Source: Eledone cirrhosa
Taxonomy: Eukaryota
Direction: 5' to 3'
Assembly: GCA_964016885.1 (NCBI GenBank)
Contig: OZ024756.1
Span: 10,726,001-10,790,000, forward strand
Length of the DNA: 64,000 nucleotides
In this document: positions 49,301 to 61,300 of the stretch, in pieces
How positions within the stretch are numbered: the stretch's first letter is position 1
How the letters are laid out: each line of letters opens with the position of its first letter
The notes under the pieces: model-generated
Told to the model about the DNA's origin: nothing
Seen by the model: only the letters and a program-made list of their open reading frames with translations
Databases searched by the model: none
Translations under genes and position numbers: made by a program

Positions 49301-52300
49301 TGACCTCAGATGAAACGTTGACCTCAGATGAAAGGTTGACCTCAGATGAAAGGTTGACCTCTGATGAGAGGTTGACCTCAGATGAGAGGTTGACAGGTTG
49401 CCCTGAGTTGAAAGGTTGACCTCAGCTGAGAGGTTGACCTCAGATGAGAGGTTGACCTCAGATGAAAGATTGACCTCAGAGGAATGGTTGACCTCAGATG
49501 AGAGGATGACCTCAGATGAGAGGTTGACCACAGATGAAAGATTGACTTCAGATGAGAGGTTGACCTCAGATGAGAGGTTGACCTCAGATGAAAGGTTGCC
49601 CTCAGATGAGAGGTTGCCCTCAGAGAAAAGGTTGCCCTCAGATGAAAGGTTGACCTCAGAGGAAAGGTTGACCTCAGATGAGAGGTTGACCTTAGAGGAA
49701 AGGTTGACCTCAGAGGAAAGGTTGCCCTCAGATGAGAGGTTGCCCTCAGATGAAAGGTTGCCCTCAGATGAGAGGTTGACCTCATATGAGAGGTTGACCT
49801 CAGATGAAAGGTTGACCTCAGAGGAAAGGTTGACCTCAGAGGAATGGTTGACCTCAGATGAGAGGTTGACCTCAGAGGGATGGTTGACCTCAGATGAGAG
49901 GTTGACCTCAGATGAGAGGTTGACCTCAGAGGAATGGTTGACCTCAGATGAGAGGTTGCCCTCAGAGGAAAGGTTGCCCTCAGATGAGAGGTTGACCTCC
50001 GATGAGAGGTTGACCTCAGATGAAAGGTTGACCTCAGAGGAAAGGTTGCCCTCAGATGAGAGGTTGCCCTCAGATGAGAGGTTGACCTCAGATGAAAGGT
50101 TGACCTCAGAGGAATGGTTGACCTCAGATGAGAGGTTGACCTCAGATGAGAGGTTGACCTCAGAGGAAAGGTTACCCTCAGAGGAAAGGTTGACCTCAGA
50201 TGAGAGGTTGACCTCAGAGGAATGGTTGACCTAAGAGGAATGGTTGACCTCAGATGAGAGGTTGCCCTCAGAGGAAAGATTGACCTCAGAGGAATGGTTG
50301 ACCTCAGATGAGAGGTTGACCTCAGATGAGAGGTTGACCTCAGATGAAATGTTGACCTGAGATGAGAGGTTGAGCTCAGATGAGAGGTTGCCCTCAGATG
50401 AAAGGTTGACCTCAGATGAAAGGTTGATCTCAGATGATAGGTTGACCTCAGATGAGAGGTTGACCTCAGATGAGAGGTTGACCTCAGATGAGAGGTTGAC
50501 CTCAGATGAGAGGTTGACCTCAGATGAGAGGTTGACCTCAGAGGAATGGTTGACCTCAGATAAGAGGTTGACCTCAGAGGAAAGGTTGATCTCAGATGAG
50601 AGGTTGACCTCAGATGAGAGGTTGACCTCAGATGAGAGGTTGACCTCAGATCAGAGGTTGACCTCAGAGGAATGGTTGACCTCAGATGAGAGGTTGACCT
50701 CAGATGAGAGGTTGACCTCAGATGAAAGGTTGACCTCAGAGGAAAGGTTGACCTCAGATGAGAGGTTGACCTCAGATGAGAGGTTGACCTCAGATGAAAG
50801 GTTGACCTCAGAGGAAAGGTTGCCCTCAGATGAGAGGTTGACCTCAGATGAGAGGTTGACCTCAGATGAAAGGTTGACCTCAGAGGAAAGGTTGCCCTCA
50901 GATGAGAGGTTGACCTCAGATGAAATGTTGACCTCAGATGAGAGGTTGACCTCAGAAGAAAAATCGACTTCAGAGGAAAGGTTGACCTCAGATGAGAGGT
51001 TGAACTCAGATGAGAGGTTGACCTCAGATGAAAGGTTGACCTCAGAGGAAAGGTTGACCTCAGATGAGCGGTTGACCTCAGATGAGAGGTTGACAGGTTG
51101 ACCTCAGATGAGAGGTTGACCTCAGATGAAAGATTGACTTCAGATGAAAGGTTGACCTCAGAGGAAAGGTTGACCTCAGATGAGAGGTTGACCTCAGATG
51201 AGAGGTTGACCTCAGATGAAAGGTTGACCTCAGAGGAAAGGTTGCCCTCAGATGAGAGGTTGACCTCAGATGAGAGGTTGACCTCAGATGAAAGGTTGAC
51301 CTCAGAGGAAAGGTTGCCCTCAGATGAGAGGTTCACCTCAGATGAGAGGTTGACCTCAGATGAAAGGTTGACCTCAGAGGAAAGGTTGCCCTCAGATGAG
51401 AGGTTGACCTCAGATGAGAGGTTGACCTCAGATGAAAGGTTGACCTCAGAGGAAAGGTTGCCCTCAGATGAGAGGTTGCCCTCAGAGGAAAGGTTGCCCT
51501 CAGATGAGAGGTTGACTTCAGATGAGAGGTTGACCTCAGATGAGAGGTTGACCTCAGAGGAAAGGTTGACCTCAGATGAGAGGTTGACCTCATATGAGAG
51601 GTTGACCTCAGATGAAAGGTTGACCTCAGAGGAAAGGTTAACCTCAGAGGAATGGTTGACCTCAGATGAGAGGTTTTTTTCAGCGGAAAGGGTGCCCTCA
51701 GATGAGAGGTTGACCTCAGATGAGAGGTTTACCTCAGATGAGAGGTTGACCTCATGTGAGAGGTTGACTTCAGAGGAAAGGTTGACCTTAGATGAGAGGT
51801 TGACCTCAGAGGAGAGGTTGACCTCAGATGAGAGGTTGACTTCAGATGAAAGGTTTACCTCAGATGAGAGGTTGACCTCATGTGAGAGGTTGACTTCAGA
51901 GGAATGGTTGACCTCAGATGAGAGGTTGACCTCAGATGAGAGGTTGACCTCAGCTGAGAGGTTGACTTCAGATGAAAGATTGACTTCAGATGAAAGGTTG
52001 ACATCAGAGGAATAGTTGACCTCAGATGAGAGGTTGACCTCAGATGAAAGGTTGACCTCAGATGAAAGGTTGACCTCAGATGAAAGGTTGACCTCAGAGG
52101 AATGGTTGACCTCAGATGAGAGGTTGACCTCAGATGAAAGGTTGACCTCAGATGAAAGGTTGACCTCAGATGAGAGGTTGCCCTCAGATGAAAGGTTGCC
52201 CTCAGATGAGAGGTTGACCTCAGATGAGAGGCTGACCTCAGATGAAAGATTGACTTCAGATGAAAGGTTGACCTCAGAGGAAAGGTTGACCTCAGATGAG

Positions 52301-55300
52301 AGGTTGACCTCAGATGAGAGGTTGACCTCAGATGAAAGGTTGACCTCAGATGAGAGGTTGACTTCAGATGAAAGGTTGTCCTCAGAGGAAAGGTTGACCT
52401 TAGATGAGAGGTTGACCACTGATGAAAGGTTGACCTCAGATGAAAGGTTGACTTCAGATGAAAGGTTGACCTCAGATGAAAGATTGACCTCAGAGGAATG
52501 GTTGACCTCAGATGAGAGGTTGACCTCAGATGAAAGGTTGACCTCAGATGAAAGATTGACCTCAGAGGAAAGGTTGACCTCAGATGAGAGGTTGACCTCA
52601 GAGGAGAGGTTGACCTCAGATGAGAGGTTGACCTCAGATGAAAGGTTGACCTCAGATGAAAGGTTGACCTCAGATGAAAGATTGACCTAAGAGGAAAGGT
52701 TGACCTCAGATGAGAGGTTGACCTCAGAGGAGAGGTTGACCTCAGATGAAAGGTTGCCCTCAAATGAAAGGTTGACCTCAGATGAAAGGTTGACCTCAGA
52801 GGAATGGTTGACCTCAGATGAAAGGTTGACATCAGATGAAAGGTTGACCTCAGATGAGAGGTTGACCTCAGATGAAAGATTGATATCAGAGGAAAGGTTG
52901 ACCTTAGATGAGAGGTTGACCTCTGATGAAAGGTTGACTTCAGATGAAAGGTTGACCTCAGAGGAATAGTTGACCTCAGATGAGAGGTTGACCTCAGATG
53001 AGAGGTTGACCTCAGATGAAAGGTTGACCTCAGATGAAAGGTTGGCCTCAGATGAAAGGTTGACCTCAGAGGAATGGTTGACCTCAGATGAGAGGTTGAC
53101 ATCAGATGAAAGGTTGACCTCAGATGAAATGTTGACCTCAGATGAGAGGTTGCCCTCAGATGAAAGGTTGCCCTCAGATGAGCGGTTGACCTCATATGAG
53201 AGGTTGACCTCAGATGAAAGGTTGACCTCAGAGGAAAGGTTGACCTCAGAGGAATGGTTGACCTCAGATGAGAGGTTGACCTCAGAGGAATGGTTGACCT
53301 CAGATGAGAGGTTGACCTCAGATGAGAGGTTGACCTCAGAGGAATGGTTGACCTCAGATGAGAGGTGGCCCTCAGAGGAAAGGTTGACCTCAGAGGAAAG
53401 GTTGCCCTCAGATGAGAGGTTGCCCTTAGATGAGAGGTTGATCTCAGATGAAAGGTTGACCTCAGAGGAATGGTTGACCTCAGATGAGAGGTTGACCTCA
53501 GAGGAAAGGTTGCCCTCAGAGGAAAGGTTGACCTCAGATGAGAGGTTGACCTCAGAGGAATGGTTGACCTAAGAGGAATGGTTGACATCAGATGAGAGGT
53601 TGCCCTCAGAGGAAAGATTGACCTCAGAGGAATGGTTGACCTCAGATGAGAGGTTGACCTCAGATGAGAGGTTGACTTCAGATGAGAGGTTGACCTCAGA
53701 TGAGAGGTTGACCTCAGATGAGAGGTTGACCTCAGATGAAAGATTGACTTCAGATGAAAGGTTGACCTCAGAGGAAAGGTTGATCTCAGATGAGAGGTTG
53801 ACCTCAGATGAGAAGTTGACCTCAGATGAAAGGTTGACCTCAGAGGAAAGGTTGCCCTCAGATGAGAGGTTGACCTCAGATGAGAGGTTGACCTCAGATG
53901 AAAGGTTGACCTCAGAGGAAAGGTTGCCCTCAGATGAGAGGTTGACCTCAGATGAGAGGTTGACCTCAGATGAAAGGTTGACCTTAGATGAGAGGTTGAC
54001 CTCTGATGAAAGGTTGACTTCAAATGAAAGATTGACTTCAGATGACAGCTTGACCTCAGAGGAATAGTTGACCTCAGATGAGATGTTGACCTCAGATGAA
54101 AGGTTGACCTCAGATGAAAGGTTGACCTCAGATGAAAGGTTGACCTCAGATGAAAGGTTGACCTCAGATGAAAGGTTGACCTCAGAGGAATGGTTGACCT
54201 CAGATGAGAGGTTGACCTCAGATGAAAGGTTGACCTCAGATGAAAGGTTGACCTCAGATGAAAGGTTGACCTCAGATGAAAGGTTGACCTCAGAGGAAAG
54301 GTTGACCTCAGATGAGAGGTTGACCTCAGATGAGAGGTTGACCTCAGATGAGAGGTTGCCCTCAGATGAAAGGTTGATCTCAGATGAAAGGTTGACCTTA
54401 GATGAGAGGTTGACCTCTGATGAAAGGTTGACTTCAGATGAAAGATTGACTTCAGATGAAAGGTTGACCTCAGAGGAATAGTTGACCTCAGATGAGAGGT
54501 TGACCTCAGATGAGAGGTTGACCTCAGAGGAGAGGTTGACCTCAGATGAAAGGTTGCCCTCAAATGAAAGGTTGACCTCAGATGAGAGGTTGACCTCAGA
54601 GGAATGGTTGACCTCAGAGGAATGGTTGACCTCAGATGAAAGGTTGACATCAGATGAAAGGTTGACCTCAGATGAGAGGTTGACCTCAGATGAAAGATTG
54701 ATCTCAGAGGAAAGGTTGACCTTAGATGAGAGGTTGACCTCTGATGAAAGGTTGACTTCAGATGAAAGATTGACTTCAGATGAAAGGTTGACCTCAGAGG
54801 AATAGTTGACCTCAGATGAGAGGTTGACCTCAGATGAGAGGTTGACCTCAGATGAAAGGTTGACCTCAGATGAAAGGTTGACCTCAGATGAAAGGTTGAC
54901 CTCAGAGGAATGTTTGACCTCAGATGAGAGGTTGACCTCAGATGAAAGGTTGACCTCAGATGAAATGTTGACCTCAGATGAGAGGTTGCCCTCAGATGAA
55001 AGGTTGCCCTCAGATGAGCGGTTGACCTCATATGAGAGGTTGACCTCAGATGAAAGGTTGACCTCAGAGGAAAGGTTGACCTCAGAGGAATGGTTGACCT
55101 CAGATGAGAGGTTGACCTCAGAGGAATGGTTGACCTCAGATGAGAGGTTGACCTCAGATGAGAGGTTGACCTCAGAGGAATGGTTGACCTCAGATGAGAG
55201 GTGGCCCTCAGAGGAAAGGTTGCCCTCAGATGAGAGGTTGACCTCAGATGAGAGGTTCACCTCAGATGAAAGGTTGACCTCAGAGGAAAGGTTGCCCTCA

Positions 55301-58300
55301 GATGAGAGGTTGCCCTCAGATGAGAGGTTGACCTCAGATGAAAGGTTGACCTCAGAGGAATGGTTGACCTCAGATGAGAGGTTGACCTCAGAGGAAAGGT
55401 TGCCCTCAGAGGAAAGGTTGACCTCAGATGAGAGGTTGACCTCAGAGGAATGGTTGACCTAAGAGGAATGGTTGACATCAGATGAGAGGTTGCCCTCAGA
55501 GGAAAGATTGACCTCAGAGGAATGGTTGACCTCAGATGAGAGGTTGACCTCAGATGAGAGGTTGACTTCAGATGAGAGGTTGACCTCAGATGAAAGGTTG
55601 ACCTCAGATGAAATGTTGACCTCAGATGAAAGGTTGACCTCAGAGGAAAGGTTGACCTCAGATGAGAGGTTGACCTCAGATGAGAGGTTGACCTCAGATG
55701 AAAGATTGACTTCAGATGAAAGGTTGACCTCAGAGGAAAGGTTGATCTCAGATGAGAGGTTGACCTCAGATGAGAGGTTGACCTCAGATGAAAGGTTGAC
55801 CTCAGAGGAAAGGTTGCCCTCAGATGAGAGGTTGACCTCAGATGAGAGGTTGACCTCAGATGAAAGGTTGACCTCAGAGGAAAGGTTGCCCTCAGATGAG
55901 AGGTTGACCTCAGATGAGAGGTTGACCTCAGATGAAAGGTTGACCTTAGATGAGAGGTTGACCTCTGATGAAAGGTTGACTTCAGATGAAAGATTGACCT
56001 CAGAGGAAAGGTTGACCTCAGATGACAGCTTGACCTCAGAGGAATAGTTGACCTCAGATGAGATGTTGACCTCAGATGAAAGGTTGACCTCAGATGAAAG
56101 GTTGACCTCAGATGAAAGGTTGACCTCAGATGAAAGGTTGACCTCAGATGAAAGGTTGACCTCAGAGGAATGGTTGACCTCAGATGAGAGGTTGACCTCA
56201 GATGAAAGGTTGACCTCAGATGAAAGGTTGACCTCAGATGAAAGGTTGACCTCAGATGAAAAGTTGACCTCAGAGGAAAGGTTGACCTCAGATGAGAGGT
56301 TGACCTCAGATGAGAGGTTGACCTCAGATGAGAGGTTGCCCTCAGATGAAAGGTTGATCTCAGATGAAAGGTTGACCTCAGATGAAAGGTTGACCTCAGA
56401 GGAATGGTTGACCTCAGATGAGAGGTTGACCTCAGATGAGAGGTTGACCTCAGATGAAAGATTGACTTCAGATGAGAGGTTGACCTCAGATGAGAGGTTG
56501 ACCTCAGATGAAAGGTTGCTCTCAGAGGAAAGGTTGCCCTCAGAGAAAAGGTTGCCCTCAGATGAAAGGTTGACCCCAGAGGAAAGGTTGACCTCAGATG
56601 AGAGGTTGACCTCAGAGGAAAGGTTGACCTCAGAGGAAAGGTTGCCCTCAGATGAGAGGTTGCCCTCAGATGAAAGGTTGCCCTCAGATGAGAGGTTGAC
56701 CTCATATGAGAGGTTGACCTCAGATGAAAGGTTGACCTCAGAGGAAAGGTTGACGTCAGAGGAATGGTTGACCTCAGATGAGAGGTTGACCTCAGAGGAA
56801 TGGTTGACCTCAGATGAGAGGTTGACCTCAGATGAGAGGTTGACCTCAGAGGAATGGTTGACCTCAGATGAGAGATTGCCCTCAGGGGAAAGGTTGCCCT
56901 CAGATGAGAGGTTGACCTCAGATGAAAGGTTGACCTCAGAGGAATGGTTGACCTCAGATGAGAGGTTGAACTCAGATGAGAGGTGGACCTCAGAGGAAAG
57001 GTTGCCCTCAGAGGAAAGGTTGACCTCAGATGAGAGGTTGACCTCAGAGGAATGGTTGACCTAAGAGGAATGGTTGACCTCAGATGAGAGGTTGCCCTCA
57101 GAGGAAAGATTGACCTCAGAGGAATGGTTGACCTCAGATGAGAGGTTGACCTCAGATGAGAGGTTGACCTCAGATGAAAGGTTGACCTCAGATGAAAGGT
57201 TGACCTCAGATGAAAGGTTGACCTCAGAGGAATGGTTGACCTCAGATGAGAGGTTGACCTCAGATGAAAGGTTGACCTCAGATGAAAGGTTGACCTCAGA
57301 TGAGAGGTTGCCCTCAGATGAAAGGTTGCCCTCAGATGAGAGGTTGACCTCAAAGGAATGGTTGCCCTCAGATGAGAGGTTGACCTCAGATGAGAGGTTC
57401 ACCTCAGATGAAAGGTTGATCTCAGAAGAAAGGTTGCCCTCAGATGAGAGGTTGACCTCAGATGAAAGGTTGACCTCAGAGGAATGGTTGACCTCAGATG
57501 AGAGGTTGCCCTCAGATGAGAGGTTGACCGCAGATGAAAGGTTGACCTCAGAGGAATGGTTGACCTCAGATGAGAGGTTGCCCTCAGAGGAAAGGTTGCC
57601 CTCAGAGGAATGGTTGACCTCAGATGAGAGGTTGACCTCAAAGGAATGGTTGACCTCAGATGAGAGGTTGACCTCAGATGAGAGGTTGACCTCAGAGGAA
57701 TGGTTGACCTCAGATGAGAGGTTGCCCTCAGAGGAAAGATTGACCTCAGAGGAATGGTTGACCTCAGATGAGAGGTTGACCTCAGATGAGAGGTTGACCT
57801 CAGATGAGAGGTTGACCTCAGATGAAAAATCGACTTCAGAGGAAAGGTTGACCTCAGATGAGAGGTTGACCTCAGATGAGAGGTTGACTTCAGATGAGAG
57901 GTTGACCTCAGATGAAAGGTTGACCTCAGATGAAATGTTGACCTCAGATGAAAGGTTGACCTCAGAGGAAAGGTTGACCTCAGATGAGAGGTTGACCTCA
58001 GATGAGAGGTTGACCTCAGATGAAAGATTGACTTCAGATGAAAGGTTGACCTCAGAGGAAAGGTTGATCTCAGATGAGAGGTTGACCTTAGATGAGAGGT
58101 TGACCTCAGATGAAAGGTTGACCTCAGAGTAAAGGTTGCCCTCAGATGAGAGGTTGACCTCAGATGAGAGGTTGACCTCAGATGAAAGGTTGCCCTCAGA
58201 GGAAAGGTTGCCCTCAGATGAGAGGTTGACCTCAGATGAGAGGTTGACCTCAGATGAAAGGTTGACCTCAGAGCAAAGGTTGCCCTCAGATGAGAGGTTG

Positions 58301-61300
58301 ACCTCAGATGAGAGGTTGACCTCAGATGAAAGGTTGACCTTAGATGAGAGGTTGACCTCTGATTAAAGGTTGACTTCAGATGAAAGATTGATTTCAGATG
58401 AAAGCTTGACCTCAGATGAAAGGTTGTCCTCAGAGGAAAGGTTGACCTCAGATGAGAGGTTGACCTCAGATGAGAGGTTGACCTCAGATGAGAGGTTGCC
58501 CTCAGATGAAAGGTTGACCTCAGATGAAAGGTTGACCTTAGATGAAAGGTTGACCTCAGAGGAATGGTTGACCTCAGAGGAATGGTTGACCTCAGATGAG
58601 AGGTTGGCCTCAGATGTAAGGTTGACCTCAGATGAAAAATTGACTTCAGAGGAAAGGTTGACCTCAGATGAGAGGTTGACCTCAGATGAGAGGTTGACAT
58701 CTGATGAGAGGTTGACCTCAGATGAAACGTTGACCTCAGATGAAAGGTTGACCTCAGATGAAAGGTTGACCTCTGATGAGAGGTTGACCTCAGATGAGAG
58801 GTTGACAGGTTGCCCTGAGATGAAAGGTTGACCTCAGCTGAGAGTTTGACCTCAGATGAGAGGTTGACCTCAGATGAAAGATTGACCTCAGAGGAATGGT
58901 TGACCTCAGATGAGAGGATGACCTCAGATGAGAGGTTGACCACAGATGAAAGATTGACTTCAGATGAGAGGTTGACCTCAGATGAGAGGTTGACCTCAGA
59001 TGAAACGTTGCCCTCAGATGAGAGGTTGCCCTCAGAGAAAAGGTTGCCCTCAGATGAAAGGTTGACCTCAGAGGAAAGGTTGACCTCAGATGAGAGGTTG
59101 ACCTTAGAGGAAAGGTTGACCTCAGAGGAAAGGTTGCCCTCAGATGAGAGGTTGCCCTCAGATGAAAGGTTGCCCTCAGATGAGAGGTTGACCTCATATG
59201 AGAGGTTGACCTCAGATGAAAGGTTGACCTCAGAGGAATGGTTGACCTCAGATGAGAGGTTGACCTCAGAGGGATGGTTGACCTCAGATGAGAGGTTGAC
59301 CTCAGATGAGAGGTTGACCTCAGAGGAATGGTTGACCTCAGATGAGAGGTTGCCCTCAGAGGAAAGGTTGCCCTCAGATGAGATGTTGACCTCAGATGAG
59401 AGGTTGACCTCAGATGAAAGGTTGACCTCAGAGGAAAGGTTGCCCTCAGATGAGAGGTTGCCCTCAGATGAGAGGTTGACCTCAGATGAAAGGTTGACCT
59501 CAGAGGAATGGTTGACCTCAGATGAGAGGTTGACCTCAGATGAGAGGTTGACCTCAGAGGAAAGGTTGCCCTCAGAGGAAAGGTTGACCTCAGATGAGAG
59601 GTTGACCTCAGAGGAAAGATTGACCTCAGAGGAATGGTTGACCTCAGATGAGAGGTTGACCTCAGATGAGAGGTTGACCTCAGATGAGAGGTTGACCTCA
59701 GATGAGAGGTTGACCTCAGATGAAAAATCGACTTCAGAGGAAAGGTTGACCTCAGATGAGAGGTTGACCTCAGATGAGAGGTTGACCTCAGATGAGAGGT
59801 TGACCTCAGATGAGAGGTTGACCTCAGATGAAAGGTTGACCTCAGATGAAATGTTGACCTCAGATGAAAGGTTGACCTCAGAGGAAAGGTTGACCTCAGA
59901 TGAGAGGTTGACCTCAGATGAGAGGTTGACCTCAGATGAAAGATTGACTTCAGATGAAAGGTTGACCTCAGAGGAAAGGTTGATCTCAGATGAGAGGTTG
60001 ACCTCAGATGAGAGGTTGACCTCAGATGAAAGGTTGACCTCAGAGGAAAGGTTGCCCTCAGATGAGAGGTTGACCTCAGATGAGAGGTTGACCTCAGATG
60101 AAAGGTTGCCCTCAGAGGAAAGGTTGCCCTCAGATGAGAGGTTGACCTCAGATGGGAGGTTGACCTCAGATGAAAGGTTGACCTCAGAGGAAAGGTTGCC
60201 CTCAGATGAGAGGTTGACCTCAGATGAGAGGTTGACCTCAGATGAAGGGTTGACCTCAGAGGAAAGGTTGCCCTCAGATGAGAGGTTGCCCTCAGAGGAA
60301 AGGTTGCCCTCAGATGAGAGGTTGACCTCAGACGAGAGGTTGACCTCAGATGAGAGGTTGACCTCAGAGGAAAGGTTGACCACAGATGAGAGGTTGACCT
60401 CAGAGGAGAGGTTGACCTCAGATGAGAGGTTGACTTCAGATGAAAGGTTGACCTCAGATGAAAGATTGACCTCAGAGGAATGGTTGACCTCAGATGAGAG
60501 GTTGACCTCAGATGAAAGGTTGACCTCAGATGAAAGATTGACCTCAGAGGAAAGGTTGACCTCAGATGAGAGGTTGACCTCAGAGGAGAGGTTGACCTCA
60601 GATGAGAGGTTGACCTCAGATGAAAGGTTGACCTCAGATGAAAGGTTGACCTCAGATGAAAGATTGACCTCAGAGGAAAGGTTGACCTCAGATGAGAGGT
60701 TGACCTCAGAGGAGAGGTTGACCTCAGATGAGAGGTTGACCTCAGATGAAAGGTTGACCTCAGATGAAAGGTTGACCTCAGATGAAAGATTGACCTCAGA
60801 GGAAAGGTTGACCTCAGATGAGAGGTTGACCTCAGAGGAGAGGTTGACCTCAGATGAAATGTTGCCCTCAGATGAAAGGTTGACCTCAGATGAAAGGTTG
60901 ACCTCAGAGGAATGGTTTACCTCAGAGGAATGGATGACCTCAGATGTCAGGTTGACCTCAGATGAGAGGTTGACCTCAGATGAGAGGTTGACCTCAGATG
61001 AAAGATTGACCTCAGAGGAAAGGTTGCCCTCAGATGAGAGGTTGACCTCAGATGAAAGGTTGACCTCAGAGGAAAGGTTGCCCTCAGATGAGAGGTTGAC
61101 CTCAGATGAAAGGTTGACCTCAGAGGAAAGGTTGCCCTCAGATGAGAGGTTGACCTCAGATGAAAGGTTGACCTCAGAGGAAAGGTTGCCCTCAGATGAA
61201 AGGTTGACCTCAGAGGAATGGTTGACCTCAGATGAGAGGTTGACCTCAGATGAGAGGTTGACCTCAGAGGAATGGTTGACCTCAGATGAGAGGTTGACCT